Shown: in pieces, positions 24,801 to 36,100 of the stretch | Position numbering within the stretch: the first letter of the stretch is position 1 | Layout: the number at the start of each line of letters is the position of its first letter | From: Babesia bigemina | Lineage: Eukaryota | DNA length: 64,000 bases | Reading direction: 5' to 3' | Assembly (NCBI RefSeq): GCF_000981445.1 | Contig: NC_027217.1 | Coordinates: 1,736,001-1,800,000, forward strand | The notes under the pieces: model-generated | Seen by the model: only the letters and a program-made list of their open reading frames with translations | Database searches by the model: none | Told to the model about the DNA's origin: nothing | Position numbers and translations under genes: made by a program

Positions 24801-25118
24801 AACAAAATAGACACTCATCACATTTGCCAACGGCATTGCAACGTGTAGTCGCTGCAACGCCGAAAGGCCATGCTGAAGACAAAATCGCCAGTACACACAC
24901 AATATGCGCGCAAAAGCTGCCAACTGCGATGAAACGTACCCGAACGTCAGGTGGAACGGCAGTCCTAGGTAATGCACGATGCTGGGCTTCAGGGTCAATC
25001 CACTCAGCACCACCTTCCCGCTGAGCAGATTGCTCACCAGCAGCGCCTCCTCGTCAATACCCTCCACATAGGGTTCGAACAGCCTATTTAGGAGGTAGAT
25101 GATCTTGCTCTCGAACAT
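9824..25118 (-). CDS. VPS13: VPS13 (chorein) family bridge-like lipid transfer protein, ~5017 aa, 2 exons
   Basis: Exon 1 25118-24940 encodes chorein-N (MFESKIIYLLNRLFEPYVEGID...SGKVVLSGLTLKP...LGLPFHLTFG). The GTACGT..TGCAG intron 24939-24699 joins in frame to exon 2 24698-9824 (LIDRLDISI; LELRINNVHVRIED). VAB-like Asn repeats (WIVNWLEYPI, TVTNEFNHAL, VLLNTTGVDL) and C-terminal LGAVDLIGNP. Confidence 0.93.
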
Positions 25119-26340
25119 TGTCTATAGAACGCTGCGGAAGGTGTGAGCCGGGGCAAGAAACACGGGATTAGCCGGAATCCCAGGAGACACGGATCGAACG
25201 TCGAATACACACCGCATAGAGCTGATCAAACACCCCCGTACACAGCGAAAAATGCGAGAAACGGAGGAAGATAGAGAGCCAAGGTGTACACATCACCAGA
25301 CATATCGCACGCGAACAGCGACTCGACGGATGCCTACCTGTCGAACACACCAAACGTATTGACGAACGTATCCTATAAGACACGCACTACGGTGACGGCG
25401 GCCGTCATCGCGTCACAGCAGCTTCATTATTGCGCAATTTTCCATAGGCAACACACATGGTTCGAATCGACGCCCAAAGGCGCGAAAATGATACACATCT
25501 TATAACATTTATACCCTAAAGCTGTCGCAATTGTGTGAAATACACCAACCCGCTGTTTGGCCCGACGGTCATTAATGCGTCGCCGGACCCTAACACCGCT
25601 CAAGAATGGAACGCTTCTCCAACACAGCTGAATGTTGCGTTTGTACAGACACTACATAGCATCTGTTATACTGCGGGTGTGTATGTGATCCGGTAGATCT
25701 CAAGCAATTCGCCGACTGAACGCGCAGCCTGGGCGCGACGCGGCACAAGACATTGTGTTGCGCCCCTGTCTATTGAGAAAACCAACTCTCAGCCGTCGAA
25801 TTTTTCGATAAATAAGTGCCTATTAATTCCGCAGCGTGTTGTATTGCGTATTGTAGGTGGCGAACAACGTGATTCCGCTGTTGTATCACGGCGCCGAGTC
25901 GGCACTGTAACAGCACGGAAGGCTCCGTCGAAGAACTATCGCATGTCACTATATAGCTAATTTAGCGCTGAGATCGGTATCTCAGGGCACAGGATCACCA
26001 CAAAGGCTCTTAGTCGGCGTATTAATATATAGCGGCGTAGCGTCGGCGCAAGCCGGATGTGAATTGGAGCTTTGCTCGCATTTATTCAAAGAATCAAAAG
26101 AAAAACATATCGTGTTTGTATATTCCCGGACATCTTAATTCAAGCGGTTGGTGATCTGGTTTAACGACTCCGAGATCCGTTGTCTACGGTGTGGCGTCAT
26201 AAAGGTGGCCTGGTCAGGGCAAGCTTATTGCCGCAGCAGGCACGATATTCTGGTCGGCAGCAACTATGATAGCGTAGTTAAGCGCTGGTGTTAAACCAAG
26301 AGCATGTATTTTGGCCCATTGGTACAAAGAATCTGTCAAA

Positions 26341-27942
26341 ATGCTGAACACGGCCTACTGGGGGCTGCCGGAAGCGGCGACTGACGTAAACGCCCTCAAG
26401 GAGTTTGAATTGAAGCACAAAATATACAGCTTACAGGTCGGCATAACGACAAATGACCTGGAAGTCAAGGTGATCCTCAGGGCTCTCATAGAACCCATTA
26501 CCGTTTTCGGGGAAGGAAAGTACGAGCGAAGGGAAAGGCTCAAAAAGGTGCTGCTTTACAAGTACGACAGGCTGTTCCATGATAAGGATGTAGCGAACGC
26601 AATCACCGCCTCAAGTGAGGCCAAGAACCTCTACGATGTTATGAAGGCTTTCAACATCGATCTATCGAATGTCTTCTCGAAGAAGGCGGTTTTCTCGGAT
26701 TTAGCGCATCAGGACCAAACTCAGGATGCGGCTGACAAGGAACTGTTTTATACGGAAGGTGACGAACGGATAAAGCATTTCCGCAGCGAACTCGCCAACG
26801 AGACGTGGGCTAGGACACGAAAGCGCAAGGAGGTGATCCACGAATATCGGAACAGTACAGATCAGTTCGAACATAAGGACGATGTGGAGAGGTATGCGAG
26901 CTATTTAACGGATTCGCTTTCGCTCGCATACTCGCATATCGCTGCCGAAAGGCCGCTAACGGCTGCGAAATTCGCGCCAAACATGAAGTACATCGCAGTT
27001 GGCAGCTTTTGTAGCCACATCAACGTCTACCATTACAAGCCTGACGATAACTTCCCACTTGCAAGGAAGCTGGACAATGGCTCAAAGGAAATGATCCATT
27101 GCCTGGATTGGCAGTGCAACGTTAACGCCATATATGACAAAAAGTCCGCCATAGACGCTGTTCAAGACCATGAGTTGTTACTTGCTACAGGCGGCTCAGG
27201 CGGCAGTCTCTCCATATGGCGGCCATTTCCAGAGTCGGAAACCGAACAGAATCCAGACTTCTGCGTACACAAAACTAATTTACACGAGGAAAGGGTCAAT
27301 CGCATTCGTTTCCACCCCTTCAAACAAGTTATACTAAGTTCCTCAACGGACGAGACCGTCAGACTATTCGACCTGCAGGGCATGGAAGAGTTGTACGTCC
27401 AGGAGGGGCACAGCCACAGCGTGCACGGGCTGGCACTCAACGGCGATGGCAATCTCGTTGCTTCGGGGGACATGCATGGTGTTCTAATTATTATGGACCT
27501 AAGGACTGGCAAACACATCTTCCAGCAACCTGTGCACAACGGCAAGATCACTGCAATTGACTTCCATCCCATCAACAACCACATATTCGCAACTGCTGCA
27601 GACGACAATGCTGTAAAACTGTTCGACTTGAGGAAGATGCGCCCAGGCAGTTCGCTCCTCGCACATACCAAGCTCGTCAGTGACATGGAGTTCGAACCAA
27701 CATACGGACGATTCCTCGCCACAAGCTCGTTCGACACCCACCTTAAAGTATGGGACACCGAAGACTACAAATGCAGAAAAGTGCTCTCCAACAATGACGC
27801 AAAAGTCATGAGCGTGAATGTCGCTCCTGATTCTTCTGCCATCGTCACAGCGTGCTACGACCGCACGCTGCGTATATTCAAGCCGATCGACGCATCGGAC
27901 AGCTCAATCACAACGGGGCTATCAAGCATCATACACCAGTAA
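26341..27942 (+). CDS. PRP4: U4/U6 snRNP protein PRP4 (PRP4 motif + WD40 repeats)
   Basis: TNDLEVKVILRALIEPITVFGEGKYERRERL matches the Prp4 motif. WD40 repeats include ELYVQEGHS..V, DLRTGK, FHP..H..AT...DN.VKLFDLR and LATSSFD..LKVWD. The first ATG is at 26341; the ORF-track start is a TTG. Confidence 0.92.
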   Translation: MLNTAYWGLPEAATDVNALKEFELKHKIYSLQVGITTNDLEVKVILRALIEPITVFGEGKYERRERLKKVLLYKYDRLFHDKDVANAITASSEAKNLYDVMKAFNIDLSNVFSKKAVFSDLAHQDQTQDAADKELFYTEGDERIKHFRSELANETWARTRKRKEVIHEYRNSTDQFEHKDDVERYASYLTDSLSLAYSHIAAERPLTAAKFAPNMKYIAVGSFCSHINVYHYKPDDNFPLARKLDNGSKEMIHCLDWQCNVNAIYDKKSAIDAVQDHELLLATGGSGGSLSIWRPFPESETEQNPDFCVHKTNLHEERVNRIRFHPFKQVILSSSTDETVRLFDLQGMEELYVQEGHSHSVHGLALNGDGNLVASGDMHGVLIIMDLRTGKHIFQQPVHNGKITAIDFHPINNHIFATAADDNAVKLFDLRKMRPGSSLLAHTKLVSDMEFEPTYGRFLATSSFDTHLKVWDTEDYKCRKVLSNNDAKVMSVNVAPDSSAIVTACYDRTLRIFKPIDASDSSITTGLSSIIHQ

Positions 27943-28275
27943 CGTAATATAAAACTAGCTTCAGTAACTGTGTGTGGGTTGACTGGCCTGTCTACTTTGG
28001 CATATTTGACTGTTTGCCACGCTTTATGTGCCAAGCATTCATCTGTTGTTGATGCCGCTACAATAGAAGTGTATTTTTCACGGATATAGGACTGCTTGGG
28101 TTTGTTGAGTAAAGTTCGGAGTTATCATTGAACTGCATTTACGTGGCCATTGAGCAACTGTGGGAGAACGGCAGTGCACTCTATTTCCAGAAAGATGGGA
28201 TAGAAAAATGATATGGTATAATACATTACAGCCTTTCGTAAAACTTAACGTTAAACAACATTATTTGCTATGTTG

Positions 28276-28740
28276 CTAGCTAGATGAAGCAACTAAGGAT
28301 GAGGTGGACGATTTTGAACTGCCACTAAATGCGTCCTCTATTCCGATTTTCAATTCCCTAGCTTTGTTTGGATATATGTAGAACAGTGTGGCGACGGTTA
28401 TTAAGAATGCCAAAGTGCCAATTAATACGCATATGCGAACTATACAGCAATGACATCCACAGGCGAACAAATATTTACATCTCCCTGAACCCTTATGATC
28501 GCATCCCATCTCTTTACGTGCTTTGCTTTTATCTTTGCATATTAGACAACTTGTGCATTGGTCACAACACCAGGGACAACACTTGCAGCCTTCCTTGTTA
28601 TGGCATTTGTTATTACATTTACACAAACAGCATTTACACGCTTGTCCAGTTTGACAACTGCTTTCCGTGCAGCATTGCGCATTGTATGTAGTACACTTTG
28701 AGTTTTTACATTGACATGTATTCTCGTTTCCTCCGCCCAT
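28276..28740 (-). CDS. Small cysteine-rich protein with one C-proximal transmembrane helix, 154 aa
   Basis: ATG at 28740 preceded by AAA. 27 Cys in the first ~105 aa in CxC/CC/CxxC patterns, then hydrophobic ICVLIGTLAFLITVATLFYIY and a Ser-rich tail. Intact ORF in AT-rich surroundings. Confidence 0.8.
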   Translation of the reverse strand: MGGGNENTCQCKNSKCTTYNAQCCTESSCQTGQACKCCLCKCNNKCHNKEGCKCCPWCCDQCTSCLICKDKSKARKEMGCDHKGSGRCKYLFACGCHCCIVRICVLIGTLAFLITVATLFYIYPNKARELKIGIEDAFSGSSKSSTSSLVASSS

Positions 28741-31700
28741 TTTAAATATTCCCGCAATCAAATGAACGTTACCGGAGTGTAGCAGCAGTTGGTGTATGGA
28801 ACATTTTTGTTGCTGCAGCAAGTGTATACGGCAATATAGTATCTGCTTCTGGTACTGTGCAGAGGCTCATAGGTTGCTCAGCCTATTGTTAGAGATGCAC
28901 CAAAGATTAAGTATATGTGGATCCGCCGAAAGCACTATTGCATCAAATATGTATCACAGATAGTCGATTAACGGCATGATATAATGCCGTAATAACTTTC
29001 ATTAAAGTGTAGTACCTCGGACTTCACGTTGCAACGTGCCACACCACACGTATGATGAAGAAGGCACCACGCAAGCAATTCAGAAAACGGACGGCAATAC
29101 TATATTGAGTTATGCAACCATGTGAGCACAAATTCATGTAGTAATTGTGCAATCATGACATTACCACGTTGGACAACGTTGTGATATTCATTGCAGCATC
29201 TGGCGATAAAATGGCATGCTGGCCGTTGGCATTTATGCGCTGTTCCGCAGATTCGTTTTGCAACAACAGCATGGTTACCAACCAATATCACATGCTTTGC
29301 AATTCGCCTATCTATTATGCTTCTAATGGGCCATTTTTTGTGTTTTGATAAGTTGTGGTTTATTTCGCTTATGATCGCCAACTGGTTTCCGCTGTTGCAA
29401 TAAGAACATATCCAATGAGGAATTCATCTCAAATACCGTGTATGTCGTGTACGAAACGATTCGTGTTAGGTTTATATCGCGTGTTGAACATTGGTGTGCA
29501 CTTTTATCAGGTGACCTTCCTTGGTCATGCTACTGTCGATGTTGTACGTTTGCTGCCAGGCGACCATTAATGCATAATGCCTCAGACAATTAAAAAAAGC
29601 TGATCCATCTCATTCCTCATGTTTCAACTCATTAATTGTAGAGTGATGTTTTAATTACGGCTTAGACAGAACTGTAACGTATGTAATTTTTGAATTAAGA
29701 TTCCCTAACAATATTACATTCAACATTTGCCACAACACAGTTAATAATGCAATTGATGTGAAGGGGTATGGCACGCATCATTTTTCAAATTCCCATGTAT
29801 GAATGGGGGTCGCTCCTTTGGTGTGCTCCGCTTAACTGGGACAACCAATAAAATATTGTGAGGTAATTTTGCTAAGCGCTTTTCCCAAAGTTATTATTGG
29901 CTCATATATAATGAATAATTTACACCGTTACGTGAATTAGCTGAGCGACGCTGAAATTCGATGCCAATGTAGCCACCCATCTGCTGCCATAAATCTGATG
30001 GTAGAAAAGGCACGTGATTTGACAAACAATTAAGAAGACTACAGTCTTTGGTTCTAAATAACATCGGTATATGGTGGGAAGTGGGCAAAGAGTGAGGTGC
30101 ACTTTCGATTCTGCGACGTTACCCTCTGAATGAGATCCATCATGTATGACAACGGTGTAACATCTACCTCTCAACATGAAGCCATCAACAAAAACAAACG
30201 CTATGAGTCGATATATCAATTAAAGCTATGATTAAATCAGAAGTAAGTAATAACTCTTCATCTTTCATATAATTTTAGTTGTGTTACTTCAGACTCATGC
30301 CAAGCGGAGGTGGACAAAACGACGGCCGCTAATAATTTCTACGCCGCAATCTTGGTGATAGCAACAACAGCATGAGTTTTGTCAACTTTTTATATAATAT
30401 ATAATGAAATTTATCTGCAATACGGGGTATTAAACTGGTGATGGGTCAGTGGCTGAAGTTTTGATATTAAGGTGAGTAAAGGTAATCAAGCTGCCAAGTA
30501 ACATATACTCATCTAGGTTAGGGAGCTGATGAATGGGGAGACTATGGAAAAAAATCTGTATATCGAAAACAGTAAAGGAGCGTCTTAGCATTCTGGCAGA
30601 GGTACAGCTGACACGTATCAACGTTACTAATCATTTCACACAATATTTAGACTAATGCAAACCATTTTTGCTCACAAAAGTTGGAATTGTGGACTTATTT
30701 TGGCGATATGTAAAAGTGGCATGGCCATTTAGCGAACGCAGGTTTTACTACTCTTAGGTGCGGTGCCAGATGCGGTTAATTGCTAACATGGTCATACCAC
30801 CGTAGAGGCAGTGGAAAGGTAGCTAAACCTGAGACTATTGAAAGTATGACCGATGCCGTGTATGATAAATAGGCAAGCATCTTGATAATTATAAAAATTT
30901 TGATCTCGGGAACTTGCCTTATCAATGCATGCATTGCCCACGCAGTTTCACGGTCAGTGTTGTGAAATCTTGGACCACTCGCACCTAAACACTATATGGA
31001 TAGCAGACTGCATTTACCGATCTACGTTTTTCATGTCGTCTGTTTATTACATGTGTCTGACGTTTTGGGTAATTAGTTCATTGCTTTGCAGTACTTATTA
31101 AGGAAGCTGTAAAAAATGCCAGCTATATGGGTAACAGGCGCTTTCGCCATCATAATCTTCGTATCATTAATAAGCTATGCTATTTACCTCTATAAGACCA
31201 AGTCAACGGCTTACCTAATCCCCAAACAAGTCTACGAGTGGACCGGGTACACTTCGACATACACCGACCCTGGAAGCAAACATGTCTCGTAAAATTAAAC
31301 CCAGTATAGCATACGTATAGCCATAGTACATCACAATGTCAATTAATTACCGTATATAATCGTTTCATGCCTCACTATCGGAATTCGGGAGACTGATTAC
31401 TCCATAATATTCTTCGATTGTCCAGCCCAATATGCTGCCAGAGCCTCATCTCGTTGAAAGCCGCACCAATCCCCTGTAACTGCACATTATCTGATTTACT
31501 GTTTAACTTAACAACCGACTTCCTTGTATCCTCCCCATTGTTCATAACGAGTTCCAACCTGTTTATACACCTTGTCAAGAATCTCATTTTACCCTAATCA
31601 GCGTACCGCAACAGTTATTAAGGATTATACGATTAACCTATGTGGCATAATAGAATGTACTTCATCATCAGTATACAAAAATTACAACTAAGGTTGCAAA

Positions 31701-32283
31701 AGTTCAGAGAACAGCTGAGGAGGAGCTTGATGAAAAATCTTGTTGAATTGGCAAAACATTCCCAATTTAACTTTAAACGATTCATATTTAGACCTCCAAA
31801 CCCTTATAGTCTATTACAGTTACAGAAATGCTTCCTCCGATCTTTGCAGGCTCTGACGGGGTTATGGCTTTTTTGAAGGGGGCGTTGGAGAGTGCGGAAA
31901 ATAGAAATGTTAAGATGTGAAGGGTGAACATTTTGTTGCGCATTGTATTATATATGTCATGTATCACCCGTTGGGCCATGTGATATGCGCTATCACGTGA
32001 CAATTATGGAACAGTGTAATCACTTATGTTGGCCCAGCTGCAATTACGGAATACAAACCATTTGACTGCGTAATATTATTTGCTTCGATACTGAATATCT
32101 TACATTGTGGTCGCGCAGATTACTTCTCATAAGCTCCCCAACGTGATTATGCAAATAAGGCGCATTACAGGCACAATGTAATGTACGGAATTGAAAGGTC
32201 GATAAACATATTAAATCAGAAAAGTTAGACATGTTGAACATGTGGAGTATAATTGCGTCTACCGTCGAATTCACTACAACGCT

Positions 32284-35200
32284 TTATGTGAAGTAACGGT
32301 AACACAGATAGGTGAGCACACCAAGGCCACCACAGTGACCAAGGTTCATGTACATCACCGTATTGTGAGCATGTTCGCTTTTACTTTCCCATTTTACCAT
32401 CTTGAATTGCTCCAAACGTGATATGATATGATGCTGCACAATAGCGTTTAACCACATGCGGGCACAGTAGGAAACACAAAAAATGATATATGTGCTTTTG
32501 GGTATTTCTTCAACTGTAAGCCATTTGAGCTGATACGCATTCAGCACAAAGAGTGCAATGCATATTGACAGCAGTGCTCCCCATATGTACCCTAAATAAG
32601 TAGCTGCGTCCTTAACCGCTTTTTCGATCTCGTCGTCGAGGAACGCGAACAATAGTCTAACGGTAAAATAGGCTGAAACAGTCATCAACGTCATATGTAC
32701 AAATAATCCGGGCGCCAAAAACGCCATAGATGCATCCGACAGGCTAATCAACACCGATATTGCTAAAAATAACAGATGGTGATCCGGCTTAAGAATTCCT
32801 TTCGTCGAATATTCCATTTTTAAAAGACCGTAATCGGGGTTTCGAATCTTTTCAAATTCTTGAGAGTATTGAGATCGGAACTTCAGGAGTCGATGGTTAC
32901 ACCCGCCATCATTATTTTTGACAAAATAATCTACGTGTGTTGCTGAGCCATCATCATGTTTACAGTTACCTGATTCTTCGGTGGGACACTTTTCGCTGTT
33001 TTCCGCATCATTTTTACATTTCACGTAGAAATACTGTTGCTCATGACTCAGGTGCAGATAGAGCACCAACGTTGCAAAAACGGAGATGGCACATTGCATT
33101 CCCATGACAATGATGTAGCCCCCGATGTTGCAATCACCGGTGTACAGTTCCCTGATGGTGTATATAATCAACAAAGTGTAGAAATAACCCATGCCCAAGT
33201 TGCTCCATCCCATCAAACTATGTGCAGGCTTACCGAAACGGGCCCCCATCAATGCATTCATGTAGAGCATAATGTTACCAGCCATGAACAAAACAAAGCC
33301 GTAAACTCCAACCAATGTACACATGATGGTAAAGCTAAATGCATCGCGTCTGTCGACCCAACCAAAAACAACCAAGGACAAAGGTGGAACTACGGTTAGC
33401 GCCACCGTAACAATTGGAGGCATTACGCTGAAGATTTGAGTGTACGGCAGGAGCAACGATGTCCCACCAGCACAACCGATCAAGATGGACATCAACAATA
33501 AAATACAGTTGTGGGTTTGCATCAACTCAGTACGCCTAGAAAATTCAAAAATGCAACCTAACAGAACAATCAAAGAGGTGTAGAACACAGCCGAACAGAG
33601 CTCCACTACCCTGTCCATCGACACATAAAACTGGTCTTTCTCCAATTTACGCACCACCCTATCCTCCAATTCACTTTCTTCAATCTTATCTTCCTGATTC
33701 ATGTTATTAATTGCCACAGCTGTACAGAGTGACGCAAAATACGGGAAACTCAGAAAGGCGCCGAAGATATTATAAAGCAAAATTTTAGGCCCCAATGGAT
33801 TGTAGTCCATTTCTTCCTTTTCAGCAATGGATTCCTTTTGATTTTCTTCTTTTTTATCTTCCTCCTCTTCCTCTTCGTCATTATCGTGACTCATACCGAG
33901 CTCAATGATATAGCAGATGACCAGAACACCACCCAAAATCAGAATCATCACGAACACTGTAATTCGAGGTCCTAACCAATCGAAGACATGGTTGAACGTG
34001 TATTGCAAAAGGAGACCAAAAATTGTGTTCACTATATTCGCCAGACCCATTAGTGTGGATTCGTGCTCTGGGAAGTACTCGTCGATGAAGGTAATCAGTT
34101 GTTGGATATCACCTGCCTGCGCAATGGCGAACAGTAACGCTGAAGTGTATGCGCATGGGAAATTGCGGAAATATACAGCTATTAACGCGGCGATATACAT
34201 AAGCGTGGTGACCCCCATCATAGGCACCACACCAAAGAACTCGTTCATATACCCTAACACGAAACTCCCTGCGAATGAGAAATCAGAGCTCACTTCCAAA
34301 AACTCAGTCACCTCTTCATTATCAAAGAATAGTAGCGTAAAGGACCGACGATAGAAGAGACGTACGGAACAAAGAAGTACATAACAGGTGACCGACAACC
34401 AGTAACGAGCGCTCTTCACAGCCTTCATCATACCTTCATTAAACATTGCGGAAAGCTCATAGTTTTCGTCACTCTCTTCTTCTTCTTCATCCATAACAAT
34501 AAAACGCTTGGGAATGAAGAATAGTGTAACGGCGATGCATACCAAAATTCCCCAGAAAACGTAGGTCAGAGAAGCTCCAGTGAAACCGATGTTGTAGCGG
34601 TTCGCGATCATTTGAAAAAACGTTGGTGTATACATACTCATGTTGTCGGCGGAGGTGATGACACTCACAGCCATGTTGTTACCGAACGTAAACATACGGG
34701 AATAGTGCCACGTCGGCGCCAGAGCGAAAGAAGCCGACACGCCCCAGAACATAAATGTTACATACAACATGATCGTTGACTGCGTAAACAGGTAAAACAT
34801 CACGAAAGCGATGATACCAAAAACTTGACCTATGAGGAGTGCGCAGTACGCACCGAAACGATCTCCTATGTAACCTCCAATGGAACCCACAAAAGAATCA
34901 GTGTACATGATTGCGGAATACAGGTTAGAGATCTGACGACGCTGAGCATCACAAATAAAAGTGTTGGGTTTTGCTGCTTTGCGTTCCTCTTCCGTACACA
35001 ATCCCGCCAAGGCGCCCTGCCTCATGAACAGGTCCTCGAAGATAGTCCAGTTGTAGTACAAACTTGATGTTAAACAAATCGAAAGACATCCCAGACACAT
35101 TACAACATACTTGCTAAGACCATAAGGATAGGCTTGCTTTTTGATCTCCTCCTTGCGTTTCTTTCGTTTGCGGAAGAATATGTTTCCGATACATGAATAA

Positions 35201-35289
35201 TCACACTTGCACTTGCTACAATTATCTTTCACACCGTCTTTCTTGACAGTACATTCCTCCGACGTGGAGGGCACAACCGCTTCCGCCAT
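32284..35289 (-). CDS. Double-length polytopic transporter: N-terminal ApiAT/NPT1-like MFS domain fused to a second multi-TM domain, ~1001 aa
   Basis: The first ~470 aa have about 12 hydrophobic segments and ApiAT-like motifs (PYGLSKY, YYNW..FEDLF...GA...LC...C.AQ...I..L, G..GDRFG, FPEH...L.GL). An acidic linker follows, then ~490 aa with about 10-11 more hydrophobic segments. ATG at 35289 (MAEAV). Confidence 0.82.
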   Translation of the reverse strand: MAEAVVPSTSEECTVKKDGVKDNCSKCKCDYSCIGNIFFRKRKKRKEEIKKQAYPYGLSKYVVMCLGCLSICLTSSLYYNWTIFEDLFMRQGALAGLCTEEERKAAKPNTFICDAQRRQISNLYSAIMYTDSFVGSIGGYIGDRFGAYCALLIGQVFGIIAFVMFYLFTQSTIMLYVTFMFWGVSASFALAPTWHYSRMFTFGNNMAVSVITSADNMSMYTPTFFQMIANRYNIGFTGASLTYVFWGILVCIAVTLFFIPKRFIVMDEEEEESDENYELSAMFNEGMMKAVKSARYWLSVTCYVLLCSVRLFYRRSFTLLFFDNEEVTEFLEVSSDFSFAGSFVLGYMNEFFGVVPMMGVTTLMYIAALIAVYFRNFPCAYTSALLFAIAQAGDIQQLITFIDEYFPEHESTLMGLANIVNTIFGLLLQYTFNHVFDWLGPRITVFVMILILGGVLVICYIIELGMSHDNDEEEEEEDKKEENQKESIAEKEEMDYNPLGPKILLYNIFGAFLSFPYFASLCTAVAINNMNQEDKIEESELEDRVVRKLEKDQFYVSMDRVVELCSAVFYTSLIVLLGCIFEFSRRTELMQTHNCILLLMSILIGCAGGTSLLLPYTQIFSVMPPIVTVALTVVPPLSLVVFGWVDRRDAFSFTIMCTLVGVYGFVLFMAGNIMLYMNALMGARFGKPAHSLMGWSNLGMGYFYTLLIIYTIRELYTGDCNIGGYIIVMGMQCAISVFATLVLYLHLSHEQQYFYVKCKNDAENSEKCPTEESGNCKHDDGSATHVDYFVKNNDGGCNHRLLKFRSQYSQEFEKIRNPDYGLLKMEYSTKGILKPDHHLLFLAISVLISLSDASMAFLAPGLFVHMTLMTVSAYFTVRLLFAFLDDEIEKAVKDAATYLGYIWGALLSICIALFVLNAYQLKWLTVEEIPKSTYIIFCVSYCARMWLNAIVQHHIISRLEQFKMVKWESKSEHAHNTVMYMNLGHCGGLGVLTYLCYRYFT

Positions 35290-36100
35290 TTTGGAGAACC
35301 GTGTAGAAATAGGATATATCAAACAAAGCAACTACGCCTTAACAAAGCGATTGAAAACTATAAAACAAAATACCAAAGACCTAAATTATTCAATAACTAG
35401 GCCATATACCGATAATAGAAATATACATAGACAAGGAGTGACGAACTAACCACGTGGCACCAAAAGAATGCAAACTGCGTTGCAGACACTCAAATATTGC
35501 CAAGGGCGACCTCTAATTGCACCAACCTCCAGAAAGCGTGCCTTTAATACAATGTATACCCAAATCTTTGCGTTCAAGAGAGAAAACCGCTCCGGAGATC
35601 ACCAAACCAAATTAGAGGCGGCCCCCGGCTATCGCTAAGGCTGCAAGACCTCCGTCATACCCGCAACACTGATTATGCAAAATTTGCCTACAAATGGTAA
35701 ACGCATGGCGTATATATTCTCAACTTTAAATATATTGATGCGGACGCTGTCCTGCACCAGAGGAATAACACCATCGATGGATAGATCTACACGAATAGTT
35801 ACTATTTTACCAAACAATCTATGCACATTTTTTTCCTATACTGCAGCCCTATTTTTACTAGGCAAATGAAGGTGTGTGCGCTTTTGCTGCTCGCGAGGAG
35901 ATTGGAGCTCTATATCCATCGTGCCTGAAAGTCACAGCGGATCTCCGCCACACCCGTCGATTCATAATTCTCAATCATTTATTAAACGATGAAATTAGTG
36001 TTGCGAAAACTCCCGAACGTATACCTATGTGGTTGACGGCGCAGTCGTCCAATGCCAGACACCGGACACACCTAGTTGAATAATACTGTCTAGCGTACGC

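Noticed and set aside
25455..25475. GGTTCGAATC, resembling a tRNA T-loop
   Set aside because: The flanks cannot form the T-stem, and no cloverleaf is present.
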